From assembly GCF_039939955.1 (NCBI RefSeq), contig NZ_JBDVHS010000006.1:62580-126579 (forward strand): a stretch of DNA of 64,000 nt, read 5' to 3'. Under the pieces are notes generated by a model that had not been told where the DNA came from, made no database searches, and was given only the letters and a program-made list of their open reading frames with translations. This DNA is from Parasphingorhabdus sp. GTDB lineage: Bacteria; Pseudomonadota; Alphaproteobacteria; Sphingomonadales; Sphingomonadaceae. Below, in pieces: positions 58,729 to 64,000 of this stretch; the first letter of the stretch is position 1, and each line of letters opens with the position of its first letter. The translations under genes and the position numbers were made by a program.

Positions 58729-60012
58729 ATGTCCGACTCCTCAAATCTCCCCGCACCAAAATCTTCCTTGGTCTTTGTTTTCCTTGTCGTGCTGATCGAC
58801 ATGATGGGATTCGGCATCATCATGCCGGTTTTGCCGAAATTGATTACCAGCATCACCGGCGAGACAATTTCAAATGCAGCGGTCTATGCAGGCTGGCTCG
58901 CCTTTGCTTATGCCGCGATGCAATTTGTCTTCGGACCGATCATCGGGAACCTGTCAGATCGCTATGGTCGCCGTCCAGTCTTGTTGGGCGCGCTGGCCGG
59001 CTATGCCATCGCCTATACGCTAATGGGGTTCGCATCCTCCCTAATATGGCTATTCGCTGCGCGGATCATCGCCGGGATCATGGGGGCCAGTTTCAGCACC
59101 GCCTATGCCTATATCGCCGATATATCTCCTCCCGAAAAACGGGCACAGAATTTCGGGCTTATCGGTGCGGCTTTCGGACTGGGCTTCATCATCGGCCCAG
59201 CGGTGGGTGGCATATTGGGTGAATATGGAACCCGCCTGCCCTTTTTCGGCGCCGGTGTGCTGGCTGCGCTCAATTTAGTTTTCGGCTTTTTCATGCTCAA
59301 AGAAAGTCTGCCTGCCGAAAAACGACGAGCTTTCAAACTGGCGCGCGCCAATGCTTTCGCAGCCCTCAAGGCGCTGAACGGCCAGAATAAGGTTGTTTTC
59401 TGGTATGCAGCCGCACTGACAATATGGATGACGGCCCATGTCGTATTTCCCATTATTTTTGCTTTCTACCTCATTGAGTCCTTCGGATGGAGCGAATTGC
59501 GCGTGGGGCTGGCTTTTGCGGCCGTCGGGCTCGGTTCTGCGGTTGTCCAAGGCGGTCTGATCCGCTTGTTGATCCCGCGGATCGGCGAATGCAATGCTGC
59601 CATTCTTGGGGCCGTTGGGATGGCAGTCAGTTGCGTCCTCTACGTCGTTGCGGGGCAAGGAGAAGGATGGTTGATTTTCATCGCTATCCCCGTCGGCGCA
59701 ATACAGGGTCTGTTTCAGCCTTCCCTCAACGGCCTGATGAGCAACGCCGTGTCCGATGATACACAGGGCGAATTGCAAGGCGCAGTGGCCAGCTTGCAAA
59801 GCGTTGCCTCGGTTATCGGGCCACCGATGTTTGCCGCCGTGTTCGCGGCCTTCACGGTCGCAGGCGGCCTATACTATCTCCCCGGCGCACCATTCGGATT
59901 GGCCGGAATCATTTGCCTGATTGCTCTGCTGATATTCCTGCGCGGCTACGCACTGCACCGGACCAGTACTGACATGAAACCGCCAACAGATACCAAAGGC
60001 CTGGCCGCTTAA
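58729..60012 (+). CDS. MFS transporter, TCR/Tet (DHA1) family
   Basis: GNLSDRYGRRPV, RIIAG, GPAVGG. Start placed at MSDSS. Confidence 0.92.
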   Translation: MSDSSNLPAPKSSLVFVFLVVLIDMMGFGIIMPVLPKLITSITGETISNAAVYAGWLAFAYAAMQFVFGPIIGNLSDRYGRRPVLLGALAGYAIAYTLMGFASSLIWLFAARIIAGIMGASFSTAYAYIADISPPEKRAQNFGLIGAAFGLGFIIGPAVGGILGEYGTRLPFFGAGVLAALNLVFGFFMLKESLPAEKRRAFKLARANAFAALKALNGQNKVVFWYAAALTIWMTAHVVFPIIFAFYLIESFGWSELRVGLAFAAVGLGSAVVQGGLIRLLIPRIGECNAAILGAVGMAVSCVLYVVAGQGEGWLIFIAIPVGAIQGLFQPSLNGLMSNAVSDDTQGELQGAVASLQSVASVIGPPMFAAVFAAFTVAGGLYYLPGAPFGLAGIICLIALLIFLRGYALHRTSTDMKPPTDTKGLAA

Positions 60013-60031
60013 ATAGCCGCATGGCGCAGGG

Positions 60032-61150
60032 TCAACTGGCGCTATACCAGGCGGTACCATCCTTCATTTCCAACTGGGCGCGGCCGGTATATTCAAGATG
60101 CCGCAGCGTCGCCATCGCCTCGCCACTGGCCATGCCGATAACATCAGGGGTGATCGGACGGCGGAATAGATAGGGAAAACTGTCAACGACCCGCTTGGGA
60201 CTTTCGCGCAACCCCTGCTCGAGATCATCAAGCGCCTCATTATGCCGTTCAGCCAACGCATCGAGCCGCTGATGTGCGCCCAGAAAAGGCCGTCCATGCG
60301 CGGGCAATATCAGCAAGTCATTATCCAGTTCAGCCCGGAACCGGTCGATGCTCGCCAACCATTCGCCAAGCGGATCGGCGGTCGGCTCGCTCAGCAGAGT
60401 CGAGATATTTGAAGTAATCCGCGGCAATATCTGATCGCCAGAGATCATCACCTTGGCGGTGTCATCAATCAGGCAGGCATGTTCAGGCGTGTGACCATTG
60501 CCAATCATCACGCGCCATTCATGGTCGCCGGTTTTCAATCTGGTACCCTCTTCCATCCGGACGTGACCAATTGGCAAATCCGAAACGGCCCGCGCAAAAC
60601 GGCCCCATCCTTTGGCAGCAAAATCGTCAATCAGATGCTGCTCCCAGCCGCAGAAAAGCCATTCATCCAGCGCTTCTTGCGGCACGCCTTCGCGCTTGTC
60701 CGCGATCAACAGGCGGGTCATCAACCATTCCGTACGGTTCATGTGCAAGGGCACTTTAAACCGGTTGGCCAGCCAGCCCGCGCAGCCGACATGATCGGGG
60801 TGATAATGGGTGACAATGATCTTGGTCGCACGCTGTCCTAGCAGCGCACCTTCTTCGAACAAATGCTTCCAGGCCTCGACAACCTCGGACATGAACAGTC
60901 CGGTATCGGCAATAGCAAAGCCTTCACTGCCATCGGCATGCTTGTCTGCCAGCACCCAATTGTTGATATGACCAAGCGGCCCCGGAACCGGTGTCCGGGT
61001 CCAGCCGATGCCGGGCATCAATTCAAAATATTCACCATATTTCGGTTCATAGTCGCCGAGCGGATAGGTCAGGCCGTCCGATTCAATCGGATCAAAACCA
61101 TGATCAGCGAGCATCGCATCATAAGCAGGTCGTTTTAGAGGAGCATCCAT
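60032..61150 (-). CDS. MBL-fold metallo-hydrolase
   Basis: THYHPDHVG, GHTPEH, GDQILP, PAHG. Confidence 0.9.
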   Translation of the reverse strand: MDAPLKRPAYDAMLADHGFDPIESDGLTYPLGDYEPKYGEYFELMPGIGWTRTPVPGPLGHINNWVLADKHADGSEGFAIADTGLFMSEVVEAWKHLFEEGALLGQRATKIIVTHYHPDHVGCAGWLANRFKVPLHMNRTEWLMTRLLIADKREGVPQEALDEWLFCGWEQHLIDDFAAKGWGRFARAVSDLPIGHVRMEEGTRLKTGDHEWRVMIGNGHTPEHACLIDDTAKVMISGDQILPRITSNISTLLSEPTADPLGEWLASIDRFRAELDNDLLILPAHGRPFLGAHQRLDALAERHNEALDDLEQGLRESPKRVVDSFPYLFRRPITPDVIGMASGEAMATLRHLEYTGRAQLEMKDGTAWYSAS

Positions 61151-61263
61151 ATACCAGCCATAGCCCCTTGCCGACAAGAAGCGCAAGCTGGTTTAATCAG
61201 CTAGTTAAACCCAGTGATCGCCGAGCGGTAACCGCCAAACAATGCCCTGCTGGGCAATGAAGC

Positions 61264-61974
61264 CTAGCTGTCTTTGAAAAGCGTCTCTGCTGTATGCTCA
61301 ACAGGTGCCGCATCTTCTTCGCCGTCTTTGCCAGACAGCGCAGCTTCCGCATCACGTTCCGCTTGTGCCCGTTCTTCGTGCAGTTCGGCGATCAAGGCTT
61401 CCTTGTCTCCGCCCAGTTTCGCGTCATCGGCGACTTCAGGTTCAATCCCCGCTTTTTTCGCGGCCTTCGCAACAACAACGTCCAGCTCGCGCTGCGAACA
61501 GAGGCCGAGGGTCACAGGATCTTTCGGAACGATGTTAGCAATGTTCCAATGTTCACGCTCGCGAATGGCGTTGATGGTTGTCCGGGTGGTCCCGATCAAC
61601 TTGCCAACCTGCGCATCGGAAATTTCCGGATGATTGCGCAAGAGCCACGCGATGCCATCGGGTTTATCCTGACGCTTGGAAACTGGCGTATAGCGTGGTC
61701 CCTTGGTCCGGCGCACCTGTTCAGGGCCTTTTTGAATGACCATGCGATAGTCCGAATCTTTCTCGGCTTTCTCGATTTCTTCATGGGTCAGTTCCTGCGC
61801 CTGTATTGGATCGCGGCCCGTATATTTGGAACTTGCGAGATCATCCGCCATCGCGTTGACTTCCAGAATATGGATACCGCAAAATTCAGCGATCTGTTCA
61901 AAACTGAGCGCCGTGTGGTCCACCAACCAGCTAGCGGTTGCATGCTGCATAAGAGGGGTTGCTTGTTCGGCCAT
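61264..61974 (-). CDS. DUF1013 domain protein
   Basis: PLMQHATASWLVDHTALSFEQIAEFC, RYTPVSKRQDKPD, DPVTLGLCSQ. Confidence 0.88.
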   Translation of the reverse strand: MAEQATPLMQHATASWLVDHTALSFEQIAEFCGIHILEVNAMADDLASSKYTGRDPIQAQELTHEEIEKAEKDSDYRMVIQKGPEQVRRTKGPRYTPVSKRQDKPDGIAWLLRNHPEISDAQVGKLIGTTRTTINAIREREHWNIANIVPKDPVTLGLCSQRELDVVVAKAAKKAGIEPEVADDAKLGGDKEALIAELHEERAQAERDAEAALSGKDGEEDAAPVEHTAETLFKDS

Positions 61975-62015
61975 GATGGCATCCTTCTGATAGCTGGCGC
62001 CTTGGGACCAGCGGC

Positions 62016-62053
62016 AATAAAAAATAAAGGGCCGCCCCCTTGCGGAGACGGCC
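62016..62053 (-). terminator. Terminator-like hairpin between the glycosyltransferase and DUF1013 genes
   Basis: Minus strand: GGCCGTCTCC-GCAA-GGGGGCGGCC followed by CTTTATTTTTT. Confidence 0.7.
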
Positions 62054-62102
62054 TGTTGGAAGCTTATGTAGGATATTTGTAGGGAGTCGGCAAGATATTT
62101 GG

Positions 62103-63167
62103 CTAAACGCGCGCAAAAACCGCCTTTGCCAGCATCCGTCGTGACAAATGATAGTCCAGACGCAGCGCTTGCGGGACCAAACCGTTGAGAAACTGGTTTG
62201 CACTTGCCTCCCAGCTATAGCTCTCGCCATGCGCTGTGCAATCCGCCGGGTTCAGCCTCAAAGCGCATTTTATCGCCACATTCAGATCCCGATCCATCGC
62301 GCCGCTTTCGTCCGTCAAAATGTCTATTGGCCCGGTCACCGGATAAGCCGCCACGGGCGTCCCGCAAGCCAAAGCTTCAATAATCACCAGACCGAATGTG
62401 TCGGTCTTGCTGGGGAAGATAAAAACATCCGCGCCGGCGTAGTAACCAGCCAGTTCACGACCCGATTTTCTCCCGACAAAATGAACACCAGGATAGCGCG
62501 TTTTCAGATTCTCTAACGCCGGTCCATCGCCGACGACAACTTTCGACCCCGGCTGGTCGCTGTCGAGGAAACCCTCGATATTTTTTTCCACGGCCACCCG
62601 GCCGACGTAGAGCTGGATTGGTCTTTGCAGTTCACCATAGATCGCGGGCGTCGGCGTATCAGGGCGAAAATTCTCCAGATCGACACCACGACTCCAGTGA
62701 TGGACATGATCCAGCCTTTCACTACGCAACTGCGCGCATATGCTCTCGGTAGAAACCATGATCGCTTCCGATCGTTGGTGAAACCAGCGAATATAAGGCC
62801 AGAACACACGCGGCGACAATTTGGTTCGCTTGGCAAGATATTCTGGAAATTGTGTGTGATAGGCCGTTGTAAACGGATGACCTGTCTTACGGCACCAGCG
62901 ACGGGCCTGAACACAGAGCGGTCCTTCGGTCGCGAGATGCACCGCTTCAGCTCCAAATTCCTCGATTTGCCTGCCAATGGTGCGGGCACGGGTGAAAGCC
63001 ATGCGGATTTCTGGATAGCTCGGTGCGGGTATGGAGCGATATTGATCTGGTGAAATCACCAATATCTCGTGCCCCCAGCCCCGCAACAACCCGATCACCG
63101 TGTCCAGGGTTCGGACCACACCATTGACTTGTGGATGCCATGCATCCGTCACCAGCGCGATCTTCAT
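62103..63167 (-). CDS. GT4/GT-B glycosyltransferase
   Basis: MKIALVTDAWHPQVNGV, YVGRVAVEKN, DTFGLVIIEALACG. Confidence 0.92.
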   Translation of the reverse strand: MKIALVTDAWHPQVNGVVRTLDTVIGLLRGWGHEILVISPDQYRSIPAPSYPEIRMAFTRARTIGRQIEEFGAEAVHLATEGPLCVQARRWCRKTGHPFTTAYHTQFPEYLAKRTKLSPRVFWPYIRWFHQRSEAIMVSTESICAQLRSERLDHVHHWSRGVDLENFRPDTPTPAIYGELQRPIQLYVGRVAVEKNIEGFLDSDQPGSKVVVGDGPALENLKTRYPGVHFVGRKSGRELAGYYAGADVFIFPSKTDTFGLVIIEALACGTPVAAYPVTGPIDILTDESGAMDRDLNVAIKCALRLNPADCTAHGESYSWEASANQFLNGLVPQALRLDYHLSRRMLAKAVFARV

Positions 63168-64000
63168 GCTGCTTGCTCCACAGGATCGGCCTTCTCCGAC
63201 ATCACGCGAGCGGGCTGCGCTCGCTCCGCCTTTCGCGCCGCGATTTCGTCGGCCCAATGGAGTATTTCCATAGTGCCATCATCGCACTCCACCAAAGCGG
63301 TACAGCCCTCGACCCAATCGCCGTCATTATAATATTCGATACCTTTGATATCGCGATGCTCCGCCGTATGGATATGACCGCACACCACGCCATCAACACC
63401 GCGATTTTCCGCTGCCTTGGCGACAAGCTCTTCATAGCGGCCGATAAATTCAACCGCATTTTTAACCTTATGCTTGGCCATTTTGGACAGCGACCAATAG
63501 GGCAAGCCCATGCGATTGCGCAGCTTGTTGACCAGCCAGTTCAAGCGCATCAGCGTCACATAGGCAAAATCACCGACAACCGCGAGCCAGCGATGCGCCA
63601 GCATGACGGCATCAAATTCATCACCGTGCAAGACCAGCAAACGGCGCCCATCGGCAGTTTCATGGATCGCCGAGCGCCGGATTTCTACCCCACCAAAGTT
63701 CAGTCCACTGAACTGGCGAAACATCTCGTCATGGTTCCCCGGGATATAGACAATACGCGTGCCACGCTTTGCCCGCTTCAATATGCGCCAGATGATGTCA
63801 TTATGGCTATCCGGCCAAAAGAACCGCTTTTTCATCCGCCAACCGTCGATAATATCGCCAACCAGATAGAGGGTATCACTATCCACATGGTCTAGAAAAT
63901 CGATCAAAAGGTCGGCGTTGCAGCCCCGTGTGCCGAGGTGAATATCAGATATCCAGATCGTACGGTATCGCGTCCGATCATGAGACCGGACCCTCGGCCT
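63164..64000 (-). CDS. UDP-2,3-diacylglucosamine diphosphatase (LpxH-like metallophosphoesterase), 5' end outside window
   Basis: Frame is open to the window edge: IWISDIHLG, GDIIDGW, GNHDE, HGD, CGHIH. Confidence 0.88.
   Translation of the reverse strand, partial: RPRVRSHDRTRYRTIWISDIHLGTRGCNADLLIDFLDHVDSDTLYLVGDIIDGWRMKKRFFWPDSHNDIIWRILKRAKRGTRIVYIPGNHDEMFRQFSGLNFGGVEIRRSAIHETADGRRLLVLHGDEFDAVMLAHRWLAVVGDFAYVTLMRLNWLVNKLRNRMGLPYWSLSKMAKHKVKNAVEFIGRYEELVAKAAENRGVDGVVCGHIHTAEHRDIKGIEYYNDGDWVEGCTALVECDDGTMEILHWADEIAARKAERAQPARVMSEKADPVEQAA

Overview
This is a 64 kb bacterial chromosomal window. Gene content and REP-type repeats suggest an alphaproteobacterium of the Sphingomonadales (inference). 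Most of it is housekeeping and lipid/redox metabolism: dsbA-like, rlmE, ppx, tRNA-Gln(CTG), a tesA/ybbA/ybbP-like trio, typA, fabH-like, ung, rluE-like, roxA-like, csp, aceA, TPP riboswitch plus thiC, the carotenoid genes crtG/crtY/crtI/crtB, pmbA, fadD-like and lpxH-like. A mosaic accessory zone (about 28-42 kb) carries two AT-rich cassettes. The best candidate for an undescribed system is a translationally coupled three-gene cassette at 31395-33586: small-molecule-type SAM methyltransferase, HARE-HTH/Nudix fusion, and a 3-TM membrane protein. This layout resembles nucleotide-signalling anti-phage systems. The second cassette (39215-41835) has a membrane protein, an ImmA/IrrE peptidase, an unannotated P63C-like pseudogene, and a DUF2235(Tle1-like)-LysM fusion. 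Other notable items are a bacterial lipoxygenase, an orphan Flp pilin with a long Gly/Ser tail, a BIME-like REP array with dispersed copies, and a TPP riboswitch with an enlarged L5 loop. No integrase, transposase, cas gene or CRISPR array was seen. Family names come from motif recognition and memory, not database searches.
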